Positions 12,000 through 24,252 of a DNA stretch of 64,000 nt are shown here, piece after piece. Where the stretch lies: NCBI GenBank assembly GCA_024137785.1, contig JAHRHZ010000092.1, forward strand, positions 4,639,200 to 4,703,199, given 5' to 3'. Numbering within the stretch: position 1 is the first letter of the stretch; the number at the start of each line of letters is the position of its first letter. A program made the translations under genes and the position numbers. Source of the DNA: Ginglymostoma cirratum (taxonomy: Eukaryota). The notes under the pieces were generated by a model. That model saw only the letters and a program-made list of their open reading frames with translations, made no database searches and had not been told where the DNA came from.

Positions 12000-13470
12000 G
12001 GATTTCTGCATCTACCACCCTTACAGGCAGTAAGTTCCAGATACCCACCACCCTCTGGGTGAAAACCTTTTCCTTACATCTCCTCTAAATGTTCTGTCCC
12101 TTATTGGAAATATGTGCACCGCACCCCTCACCCCTCTTCCCACCACTGATGCCTGCCACCAAGGATAGAAGTTCCTTCTCGGCCAATGTATGTATACTCC
12201 TCATAACTTTATGCATCCCAATCATGTCCCCCTTCAGTTTGCTCTGTTCTAAGGAAAATACACAGAGTCTATCCAATCTCTTGAAATGACTAAAACTCTC
12301 CAGCCCAGGAAACATCCTGGTAAATCTCCTTTGCACCTTCTCTGATCCTGTAACGTGGATCCCAGAACCTCATACAATATGCTAGCTGTGGTCTAACCGA
12401 CTATTTATACAGTTCCAGCATAACATCCCTGCTCTTTAACTCCATTCCTCGGTTATTAAAGGCAAGTGTCCTCTACACCTCTTAACTCCTTTATCTACCT
12501 GTTCCACTACCTTAAGAGACTGGTGGACATGCACACCTAGGTCACTCTGATCCTGGGTGCCGCCCAGGGTCCTACAGTTCATCACGTATTCCCTTGCCTT
12601 GTTTATCCTGCCCTAGCGTATCAACTCACATTTATCTGGATTGAATTCCATTTGCAACTTCAGCCTAGGTGACCAGTCCACCTATACCTAGCTGTAATGT
12701 AAGGCTATCCTCATCACTATTTACCACCCCACCAATTTTCATTTCCACAAATTTACTAATCGACCTTCATACATTCAAGCCTAAATCATTTACATATATG
12801 ACAAAGAGCAAAGTACCCCACTGGGTACAGGTTTCAAGTCATAAAAACACCCCTCTATGATTATAGATAAAACGTTGTGGAGCTGGATGAACACAGCACT
12901 GCTGTGTTCATCCAGCTCCACAACGTTTTATCTCAGATTCTCCAGCATCGACAGTTCCTACTACCACTATGATTATACTCTGCTTCCTGCCACCCAGCCA
13001 ATTCTGGATTCAAATATCCAAATTTCCTGGGATCCCCTGGCTCTTACTTTTGCTACACTCAAAGCAACATTTTAACAAAAGCTGCAATTAAGTGGGATCT
13101 TATCAAAAGCTTTGCTAAAGTCCAAGTAGGCTACATAAAAAACATTGTGCTCTTGCACATACCTGGTCACCTCTTTGGAAAATTCAATCATGTTGGTCAG
13201 ACATGACCTCCCCTTAACAAAACTCATGTTAACCAATCTTGATAAATCCCTGCCTCCCAAATGCAGATTAATCCTGCCTCTCAGAACTGCTTCTAATCCC
13301 TCAGAATTTTTTCTGATAGTTTTCCCACTACTGAGGTTAGACTGATTGACCTGTAGTTTCCTGGTTTATCCTTTCCTCCCTGCTTGAATAATGGTACCAC
13401 ACTGGCTGTCATCCAGTCCTCTGTCATAGTTCCTGTGGCCACAGAGGAGTTGAAAACTCTTGTCAACACT
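12000..13470 (-). mobile_element. CR1-clade LINE fragment (reverse transcriptase)
   Basis: EDWMTASVVPLFKQGGKDKPGNYRSISLTSVVGK; GRSCLTNMIEFSKEVT...YLDFSKAFDK; QRRFTRMFPGLESFS. Confidence 0.92.
12866..12966. mobile_element. Minimal palindromic Penelope-type insertion inside the CR1
   Basis: 34-bp perfect inverted arms, flanked by the direct repeat CTATGATTATA (12855-12865 and 12967-12977). Confidence 0.8.
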
Positions 13471-14149
13471 CTTACTTTATGTGGACTGGTTGAAAATATT
13501 GAATTATAAGATATAATCTGACATGTAATAGTAACCATTTTCGGTTGCTAAATCATGGAAAAACTTCAACCTCACTATCGTTTTAAGAGAATTTTAATAT
13601 ATCTGACCATGTGAGCACTTTGAGACTGTAAGAATTAAGGATCCTTAATAAGTCGTAATTTTTCAGTATAGTACAGAACTTTAATGAATTAGCTGGCTCT
13701 GCACTGTAGTTTTTGCTCTCTATCTCTCACTCTCTGGACTAGTTCAAACAATTCTGAGTAGTCAGGGACCAGAATAAGGTAGGTTTAAAAGGTCATAATG
13801 ATTGATCACAATGATTACAAGCTGCTGCAATCACCATCACTCTGTGACAACACTCCGTTCATCCTCTGATATCAATGAACTGGTCTCAACTGTTAAAAGT
13901 TAATACTTTTTCTGTCTATTTAGCCAATGCTTTAAATCTGAACTGAGGCTTCTTAACAAACGATAATAAAATTACTTCTGAATGGCTAACTGCCAGTGTT
14001 CTTTAACTGTGGCTCATGAACTCAAAATCTCACAATACTATCAGGTAAGGGTGCTGTTTTTAAATTAGAAAAGATTGAGTAGATTATTTTCTCTTCCTTT
14101 CAGAAAAGAGAAACTTAACAGTAGATCTGGGAAAGACTGTGTCTTTATT

Positions 14150-14932
14150 TTTTGCGCTTTTCAAAGATATGACGAAGAATGGTTTTAAACCCAGGGATTT
14201 ACAAGGGTAGCTGCATGGTTTGAATGCAAGGAACTTGAAACCTATTGTGAACCCTTTTGGGTAGCTTTGGATTCTAGAAATATGCAGATGAACTGGAGCT
14301 GAAGGATCATTTACAAGTGAAACTGATTGATAATAGGTTCCTAATTCACAATTAATGAGAACAGCCCTCTGCCTGCCAACAAAGTGATTGATTGTAACGT
14401 AGCTGAATAGCTTAGACGATGAACAAGACAGAGAAAAGCCAGTCAGGCCAGAACAGAAACCCATATGTCTGTAGTAAGCCACTTTCCTTCAGCAGATGCT
14501 GAAAGTTATGATTTTGAATTGGATAGATCAGAGACCCTTCATAAGTGAAACAGCCACCCTGTGCCTCTTGCAAACCAGTGGAAGCTTTCAGGAAAAGGAA
14601 GGTTAAGGAGAACCCTTCAGGTCAGCAAAGACCAACCCAATAAATTCTATGGACAAAGACTGTGGAATTGTTTTCCCACTGTCCATTTGTTTTTTTCCAT
14701 GTTAATCTGAATTGTGTGTAAGGGGGAGTTTATATGGGTTTAGAATTTTACTTTGTACAGTTTACCTAATTTAATTTAAATGTTTACCTATGGCTAGAAT
14801 CTAATGGCCTGCAATAAGGAGTGACTCTTATTAAGTACAGGACTCTGGTTCTTGCTTTCAATCAACCTGAATCTGAAATAGGAATTAAGGGGATTTTGAG
14901 CAGTTCTTTTAAAAACTTTAACTTTTGTTACA
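14150..14932 (+). mobile_element. Possible solo LTR
   Basis: LTR-like layout with an AATAA signal near 14813 and an end at ...ttttgttaca; 5' boundary uncertain. Confidence 0.35.
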
Positions 14933-16019
14933 ACTCTAGGAATAGTGGGGCTTGATTTCCAGTGAACCACACCAACCAAAAATTGAATCTTTAAATTTAG
15001 CAATGGATCGGACAAGATAGATGTGGAGAGATCGTTTCCACCCGAAAAAGATTCCAAAGTTCTGACCAGAAATATATGATGTAGAACAGGAATACCTTCA
15101 AAGAGAAATATACAAAAATTCCTTTACTCAGGGAATCGTTCAGACAAATAGATGAGTTCAGAGAAAAATAGACTAGTATATGAGAACAAAGGAAATAGGA
15201 AGGTATTCTGAAAGGTTTACAATCAGTAGATGGAATGACAAGAAACTTATACGGAGTGATAACCCTCAGTATAGATTATTTAATTTGAATGACCTGTTTC
15301 TATGTTGCATATTTATGTAATTCAATATTGATAAAGTATAATGTTTCTCATATCGATAAAAAATCTGAGAATCTTCTGTACATCACCAACCTGCAATTCT
15401 AATTTTTGCATTCAAGATATTTTAGCAACTTATTCAGAGATGTTATTACACACCTCTGGAGCAGGTGGGACTTGCACCTGGGTCTCCTAGCTCAGAAGTA
15501 GGAAACTATAACTGTGTCACGTGAGCCCCTAAATTTTTGCATTTAAAACTATGCCAATTATTTTTGGGGTTACTACATTATCACAATGGTGATGGCAGTG
15601 TTTAAAAATGGACTCTGATTTCAAAAATGCCGCAAAAGCTCCAGATCAGTTAGAGGCCAAATAAATCTCCTGAAATACTAGCCCAATATCATGTCTTAAT
15701 ACAAATCCTGAATGCATCATTATGAGATTATGATATCCCTCCCCAAAAGTTCTCCTGCTTGTTTTGAGGGAGGCTGCAATTTTAAAGGCATAGCTTTGTT
15801 GTGGACCCACCCCCTAGAACGAGATAGCAATCAGATGTTTACCCATATAGGACTCTTAAATAAGACAGTGTTTTCCCTTTCTTTAGTCTTTCAACTTTGA
15901 AGTGAGAAGGCAGAGTATTAATTCATCCTCATTCATAAACATCCTCAATGTAACATTTTTACAAAAGCTGCAATTAAGTTTTAGTGCTAAATTGCACACA
16001 GTATTGTGTAAATCCCTAC

Positions 16020-16126
16020 CTTTTCTCAGTCAGAGCAGTACGGCTAAAGTGTAAAATCAACTGATGGAGTGGATCAGGTTTTGTCTCTTCTGTTTCTTCC
16101 TCCTCCTCTTCCTCTTCAGATGATTT
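16020..16126 (-). CDS. RYR1: RYR1 exon (~76), 107 nt
   Basis: gaatag|AAATCA...GAAAAG|gtaggg; [35 protein letters not shown]. Confidence 0.96.
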
Positions 16127-17269
16127 CTATTCATACATCAACCACAATGAACAGTGTAACTTTAATAAAGACCTGAACAAACTTTACTGGGCTCCAATGT
16201 GTTGCTACATGCACATTTATGTTTGCAACACTGTGCAAACCAATCTTGCATTAAAGCCCCACGCTTTAATAATACTTTTCACCACTTGTTTCATCAGTGT
16301 TTGAAGAACTTAATTTTTTAAAATCTCTATTTACTAACACAACTTGCATGTTCAATCTCACACAAATCACAACCATTTGCACAAGTAACAAACACTGATT
16401 TGTTTCTGTATAGGCCAACACATATCTTGCATTAGTGATTCTGTGCACATGCACCATGCAGCATGGTTAATGCATTATTTGTTTCATTTCATTATTAGTT
16501 TTAACAGTGTGAGACTCACATTGGAAAGCAACACCTTGCAGGGGATTTTATGAAATCTCCCCCAAGCACTTTGACTATTTAAAAACAAAATCAAGTCCCT
16601 CATTTTGAGCCTCTTTCATTTTCACCACATCACTGGTGTTCCACTCTTCTTCAGTGAAGCCTCACCTGTTGTATTTCTGGGTCCTTTTCTGCCAAAATTA
16701 TTTCCGTGGACAATATACAACAGGTAGGTCCCTGTTCCTGACCTATGTTATTTCATAAAGTCAAATGGGAAAAAGCAATGCCTATTGGTATCCTAAAATA
16801 TTGCCTGTTGATAAATAGTGAATAAGGTTGGAATTTGGTAAACCATTTCAGTGGATCTCTGATAATCATACAGACAATGGGATAGATTGTTACTTTCACT
16901 GCCAGGATGGAAATCAGCAAATCAACCATCATAGAGTCCATCTAATTTACAGTCCGCTGAAATAGTCAGAATGAAAAATCAGGTAGAATCTGCTATGGGT
17001 AAATGATGCACTCATTAGGTTACCAACCATGTGGGGAAGTGTAAAATTCACCTCAATCATTTTGAGGTCAGGTGTGTATAAATTGGGAGGAATGTTTAAC
17101 TTTCAACAGGTCAAGAAAATGGCATCTCAGCTTAAAGCCTAATTCAATCTACAACTTCGAGGTATGAGTATTTTTCAGCTGTTGCAGGATTTTTTTTGTC
17201 AGTAGCAACAACATAGGATTATTGCAAGTAATAACTGGACCTTTTCTTCAATGTTCCCTAATTTCTGAC

Positions 17270-17700
17270 ATCATTGAAGGCTGTTAAAAGCAGATGTGAT
17301 TCTTGGATTTACTTAGAGTAATAAAGTATAAAAGCAAACAGATTATGCCAAGCCTTCATAAATTACTTGTCAGACTTCACTGGACTTCTGTGCACCACAC
17401 TTTAGGAAGATTTCAATTGTTGGTCAGTTGCAGGAGAGACTTACTAAAACAGCACCAAGGATGGAAGATTTCTGTTATGATGAGAGACTAGAGAAGTAGA
17501 GATTGTTCTCCTCAGGGCTGAAAAGTTAGAAGATTTGACAGAGGTGTTCAACTCTGGAACAGGCTTGACAGAGTACATAAGGAGATTTTTTTTTTGTGTT
17601 GCCTGATGGCAGAAAGCTTAGTAGCAGGGTGGACAGATCTAAAATAAGTTGCAAAAGAACTAGAGGTCATGTGAGGAAACACATTATTGATCTGTTGTTA
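17270..17700 (+). mobile_element. Degraded CR1 3' fragment
   Basis: IKYKSKQIMPSLHKLLVRLH... resembles the CR1 ORF2 C-terminus. Confidence 0.7.
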
Positions 17701-18639
17701 TTCTCTGAAATTCCCATTTAACATTATGTCTTTTCTTACAGAAAATTCAGCTTTTGACTTTACAATGCATACTTCATTCCAAAATAATCTTCATGTACAA
17801 AATGAACTTGCTACAAATGTATGATCTACATTAACACTTCTGTATGTATTTCCCAGAACTACTTATATTTATTTTGGCTTATTTTGTTGATACCTAGCCA
17901 TACTGCATATCTTAGTCTACTTGGATTATGTTGGCTCAGTGCCTTTCTTTTGACACAAACCACCTTGTATGAGAACAACTCAATATTCTTTATCTGCATT
18001 AGTATCACTGTTGATAGATAGCAAGACAATAGTACAAAAACACCCCATTGCAGACTCTCTGGTATACAAGGAAAGCAACTATAAGGCAGCCTGAATAATC
18101 AAATTGGCTACAAAAGCATCAAATAGATTATTATTTCTCTTATCAGTTTTACAATAAGAAGACAAACAATGAAAATTAGAGAAATGATGAATTAATTTAA
18201 TTACAACAGAGTCTGACTGCACTGAAGCGAACAGGAAACACATACTAGGTCAACACCAGCACACAGATTGTGCACTCAAGCTTGCTTGTGCAGAGCTCCA
18301 GGCAATGTAATAATGAAGCAGTACTAGTTTGGTTATGTAACACAATTTGCATTGCTTCAAATGGATTGTTGCATGTTGGAATAAAATTCTAGGATGTTGA
18401 AATAGCACAGAATTTCTACAACTATTAGTTACTTTGCACCTACACAAAGATAAATCTCAACATTGTGTCTAATATTTAGGAAAGGTATCAAAACATTTTG
18501 ATCATGTACTGTATAATATCAACACCTGATCTTGTGTTGGCATAGACAAGTTATTACCCTCATTTATATTAAACTATGATATTAAAGATGTGAATCAGGA
18601 AGTAAATATGAAATGAGATTAATGGAAGACATGTAAGTA

Positions 18640-19690
18640 AGAAAGAAAGTGCAAAAAAGAGAGAGAGGAACATTAATGCGTATGGTTAAACTTTATGGCA
18701 GATACTAGGATTTGAGGTTTGAAGTCAGTGGGGTTTCCAAGGTTCAGTACTAGGCATTTTTTTTTTTTGAAAAATGACTTGGATATTAGAATATAAAGTT
18801 TCAAAATTTACTAGTTATACCAAACCTTGAGGTGTGGAAGACAACGGGAATGACAATGTTTGCAAGTGAACATTGTTAGGCTAATAGAATGGCTAGACAA
18901 GTGACAGATGGAAATTAATGTAGAGAGGTTTCACAATTGGTATTTTGGCAGAAGGGATAGAAAAAAAAACAAATGTATATTTACTGTCACAATTCCTAAG
19001 AGTATGCCAGGAAAGAAGGAATTGGAGGTTTGAGTATAGAGTTTTTAAGTTAACATGATATACTGACAGAGCAGTTACCTAAATATGTGGGATCTTGAAA
19101 TTCATAAATAGAGGTACTGAGTACAAAGGCAAGGAAGTTATACTGAATAAGTATAAAGCTGAGTAGGGTACAACTAGAGTACTGTGTACATCTCTGTTCA
19201 GCATTTGCTGGATGTGAAGCTCCATGAAAGGGTGGAGTGGAAATTTACCACAATGCTTTAAGGATAAGCAATTTCGGTTAGAAGGTTGGGTTGGAGACCC
19301 TGGGAGTGATCTCCGTGGAGCATATGGAGGATATGGGGAGATTTGATAGAAATATATATATGACAGGCTTAGATAAGATAGACATAGCTGGGCCCTTAAT
19401 TTGATGGTGCAACGACTGGGGTACACAGATTTAAAGTTTGGATAAGAGATGTAGGGAGGACTGTGAAGGATTTATGCACTAAGTAGTAATGACCTGGAAC
19501 TCATTGTCTTGTAGTATGCTGGAAGCAAAGATGAGCAATGATTTAATGGCAATCGGATAAACACGTGAAGGAAATAAAATTGCAGGGCTATGGGTGAAGT
19601 GTGGAGAACTGAGGCTGTTTAGAATGTGCTCGAGAGATAACATGGACTTGTTCGGTCAAGTGGTCTCCTTCTACGTCACAGACACTTTAT
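18640..19690 (+). mobile_element. Degraded CR1 RT/3' fragment
   Basis: gtggggtttccaaggttcagtactagg (GVPQGSVLG-like) and aaatagaggtactgagtacaaaggcaaggaagt motifs. Confidence 0.75.
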
Positions 19691-21207
19691 GGGTTGCATT
19701 TAATGGAGGTTATTGGTGGTGGGTCATTTTGGGGGGACTTGCCTGCTGGCTGGCTGTATTGGATACCAATTAGGAACTTAACTACACAGCAGCAAGCATT
19801 CCTCACATCAAAATACCAACAAATCGAGGCCACAGATCTATTGAACAGCAGTGCCTTCAGGATGGCAGTAGCTGTCCTTGGTACTACACTAACCCAAAGT
19901 CTGGGATCATTACTGATTCCAGGCCAGAGGCGAATGGTGGTGAGATAGAAACTGCAGGGGAAGTGTGGAAAGGAGGTGGTGGTAGCAGCAAGGGCAGGAT
20001 AATTGTTCTCAGTCCAAGGTTTGGCTGGATGGTTGGTGGTGGTGGTGGTGGGGATCTCTACCTGCTACCCTCCCACCTGATTAAACATCCCCAGAACCAA
20101 ACCTATCACAAGAGACAGCATTAAATTCTGTCCATTATCAAATCACACCTCTAGTCAACAGATGACTCTTTCAAATTTATGCCTACTACATAATAGCAAT
20201 GAGATGCCACTATTTTGCGATATGATTCAAGTAAAGATAAGCCAAATTAACAAGAAACCTACCTATTTTGTTTCCTTCTGGAAGTCAGGGAAATTTAGCA
20301 GCATTCTAAGTAGTGATTCTACCTCTGGCCCAGAGCCTCCATGTTCAACTTATAACTCAGTACTTCATGGCCACGGAAGGTGTGTCATAACATGGCCAAA
20401 CAGGTTTACTATCAATTTACAAATCCTCCTGATTTGGCAGGTGGTAAGAGTGAGAGAAATTCCTGGTAATCCAGAACTAAATGGTAGCAGCAGCATAACA
20501 GCTTTCCCATGTTAACAGTGTGAATACTCCGCCAATTGATACTTCCCATCCTGGTATTGCTGAGATGAAACAACACTTACTGGTATGGTATCATACGTTG
20601 TTTCCTCTGCTAAGTGTTCAAAGTTGTAAGGTGGAAGATGGTATAATTTAGGTGGTATAATTCAGTACACCAGCAGTTGTGTATGTACAATTTTTGAAGA
20701 CCTTAATTGTTCATTTGTTTGAACTTAGAACATTACAAAGGCATCATACAAATAAATGCTGTTACAGTTGTGCTCCAAACCAACTGTTTGATTCTGGATT
20801 TATTAGCAACTACAATCAATACTGCTGATGATTGTTATCAAGCAGGTGACCAGGGCTAGTCAAGTTCATTTGGAATAACAGGAAGTTGAAGGTCTGGAGG
20901 AGTAAAGAAAGATGCTTTCTCATACCAACTTCTCAGACATAGAGAAAAAGGGAACTAGCCAAAAATATGGAAAATGAAGCCCCATTTCCCTATGAGTAAA
21001 GAAATGGTATTTCTTTGTCAAAGGTTTTGTGTTGGCATAAGGCTGCTCTCATACACTATAACGTCAGCATTAGTGTAAGTAAAATGGAAATGATGGTGAA
21101 AATAGTCGACTAATGGCAGTAGCATAAAGCAGGCTCACACTGAATTGACAGCCAACTTCTTTTTCCATTAATTTTGAAAGTTTCACGAAAATCTTAATAT
21201 CTATCCA

Positions 21208-21525
21208 GGGGCGGACAGTGGCTCAGTGGCTAACAATACTGCCTCACAGCACCAGGGACCCGGGTTCAATTCCACACTTGGGTGACTGTCTGTGCGGAAT
21301 TTGCACATTTTCCCTGCGTCTGTGTGGGTTTCCTCTGGGTGCTCCAGTTTCCTCCCACAGTCTAAAGGTGCACAGGCTAGGTGGATTGGCCATGCTAAAT
21401 TGCCCATAGATTTCAGGATTAGGTGGGTTATAGAGGAATGGGTCTGGGTGGGATGCTCTGAGGGTCAGTGTGGACTTGTTCGGCCAAAGGGCCTGTTTCC
21501 ACACCGTAGGGATTCTATGATCTAA
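21208..21525 (+). mobile_element. HE1-type V-SINE (tRNA-derived)
   Basis: A box gtggctcagtgg, B box gggttcaattcc, V-domain gtgtgggtttcctctgggtgctccagtttcctcccacagtc, and a CR1-like tail ending gggattctatgatct. Confidence 0.9.
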
Positions 21526-22284
21526 AAGTGACAACTATCCTGTGAACTTCAGAGAGAACACCAGCTGTGGATTCATTACAAACCTGCCTTGCTTCTTTTA
21601 AACTCCATTTTCACTCCTTTTGACTCGGATTCGGGTGTAAAGTGGTGTTAGTCTTTCTCCTCAAAAATGTCCAAAGTCACTAGTGTCCAGTCGAGTTTCA
21701 GGCTACCCTTTACACAATAAGTGGCTTGTCACTGTGATGTGAAACCAACAGTACAGCTGCAGTTTAACTAAACACAGAGGTTCTATCTCACTGAAATTCA
21801 TACAAAAAAATCTGTACTTGAACTAATTTCTAAGTCACATCTACATTTCCACAAAATATGGCTTGCAGGAACTTATAACTAATAATAGCAGTTTCAAATG
21901 TGTCAGCTAGGCACCATGCCTTCTGCGGAGATAACTGGACATCCAACATTCAGTTGGAAATTAAACATTGCTTTTAGAACAAAAAGTATTTGAGAGACAG
22001 CAGGGAAGTGATTTGATATATGACCGTGGAAAGTGCAGTATACTTTCAAGGAACAAATGACATTGGGTTCATTGATTCCAAAACCTCCCCACAGTATGGG
22101 CTTCGTAAACATAAGGAAAAAGGATAGAAGAGGCATGTGCAGAATGTAAATCCTCCTCCTGGGTTGTAAATACTACATATTACTGTAAAATAATGTCTTG
22201 TTGGCTTGAAAAAGTCTTAGTTTGATAAGAGCATATATGGATCCCACCTCTGGAGCCAAACAGAATCCTGTGGCAGACCTGCGG

Positions 22285-22580
22285 CACTACTGGTAGTGGT
22301 CCTACCTCTGAGCCAGAAGCTCCTGTGCAAGTCCCATTCTAGGGTTTGATAGTTAAGAAATGTGCGTTCATAACACAGCCAAGTAGGTCAAGGTGTAAAT
22401 GCTTCCAACATATGTTAATAGCAGGTTGTGAGAAGAGGAGGAGACTTCTAGTCAGCCATCTGTGGAAGGTAACTGCAATACACTGCAGTACTTTGCCAGG
22501 CATTACCATGGACTAACAGAAATTCAGGGTCTCTAATGCCCTTTCAGAGTATGACACCTGGAAAGTGAGCGTTTCTTGAG
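22285..22580 (+). mobile_element. Old tRNA-like SINE family member
   Basis: gtggtcctacctctgagccagaagctcc... is shared with copies at ~20305-20470(+), ~32770-32840(+), ~9960-10050(-) and ~15430-15530(-). Confidence 0.5.
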
Positions 22581-24155
22581 GCATTTGGAAGACTTTCAAG
22601 TGCCTGGTGTACTGATCAAGGGTTCCAAAGGTACACTCTGGATTGTACCGGTGGTGTTATTCATCAAAAATACCGAGGACATAAACCAACAACATGGCAT
22701 TTATAAGTGGGATATGACACTGAAAATAGTCTAATATTTTGGCTTACATAATGTGGCAAATGGATTATGACGCAAAATGGTATTACAATACAGTGGACTA
22801 ATTATTAGGAGTTGATTCTCTGGGACATTGTTTGTGAACAATATGATTTGTATGTGTCTCTCTTTTTGTCTTGTTGCTCTTATGCTGCTATTTTGCAAGG
22901 GATAAGCAACTCTGGTTAAGAAGAGCAGACACGAAGAGCCCAGGACCTTAACATATGGTCTTGCTCATAAAAGAGGGAAGAGCTGGCTCACGTAAATCAG
23001 AGGTGCTGAACAAATCAAGTATGCAGCATGATGTGAAGTCTGACATTTTGGAGGAAAGAGTAAGGAATTGCATCACATAAGGCAGGGTACACATACTGGA
23101 ATGCATAATTACAGGGCAGCACATAGAAAACCCCTCTTAAAGCTAGCTGCTTATCTTCAAAAGATTGTTCTCAGTGTCAATCCAGGAATTTGAGACTCAG
23201 GACTTGGCCATATGTGTCAAAATATTATTGGACAGCAAACGCACCAAAAATAAACAGAAATTTAGCTAGCTACATTCAGAAGAGTCTAAAAACAACTGAA
23301 AAGAAATAAAAATGGTCACCTTGCAGAATTAATTTTGAGATGATTCAATGATTATCCTTTGGTCCATACAAGGTCATGTGGTTAGCATGAACCATTTAGC
23401 AAAGCTGAAGACAATACATAACTACAGAATTATGCAGAATTATATATTTAGACACAAAATGCTTAATTGTGCAGATACAAAAGCTACATAACGTTCCAAA
23501 ATGTGACTATTATCTAAGGAGAAATGAACATGTCTTCTGTAAATTAAAGATAACTTTGTTTAGGACGAATTAGGTCTACATTTAGAATCATAGAATGTGG
23601 AGCATATGCAGATTGAAAGACACCAACTGATTTACTATGTACCAATTACTGACTTGTGTAAACAAATATCCTTTGCAATTTATCCAAATCATTAGCCAAA
23701 TCATTGCTTCTATTCAGCTGGAATCAATCCATCATATTCAGTTCACACTAATTCGTTGATCTCTTTTGGTATTAACCCAGATTCACTGGATCTGGTGTAT
23801 ATCGTTCTAGTTCTGGTGTAACAGGTCTTTCAGATGTCATATAGACTCTGCTGGCAGAACACCAAGCATGAAAAGAAAAGCCAAGGAGATAAAATAATTA
23901 CTTATGGGCTTTGCTGTGAAAGAATTCCCAGCTGAAATGCAGTCTTTGTCAAAGCTCTTTCATATGAAAAACTTCATTCCATGGACTCAGCTATTTCCAG
24001 TTTCCAGTCATGCAACACAAGATTGACAGGAGACACGGCATAACTGTGCCATAGACTTGACGCAAAAATACAAGCGATAGCATATGGTACAGAAACAGGG
24101 TTGTACGTACTGGTACAGCACGGCTGCATGCCCGCTCACAGAAACCAGTACTTAC

Positions 24156-24252
24156 AGCCAGATCATCTATTAGTTTATCTTCAAACGAATGCTCCTCTGT
24201 GTCAATCCAGGTATTTCTATAACTTTCGATGAAGAGGTTAGATGCGCGGTGC
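24156..24252 (-). CDS. RYR1: RYR1 exon (~75), 97 nt
   Basis: tcctcag|GCACCG...CTGGCT|gtaagt; [32 protein letters not shown]. Confidence 0.96.

Noticed and set aside
21201-21534. Four overlapping ORFs and a tRNA-like head
   Set aside because: All lie in an HE1/V-SINE; not a protein gene or a real tRNA.
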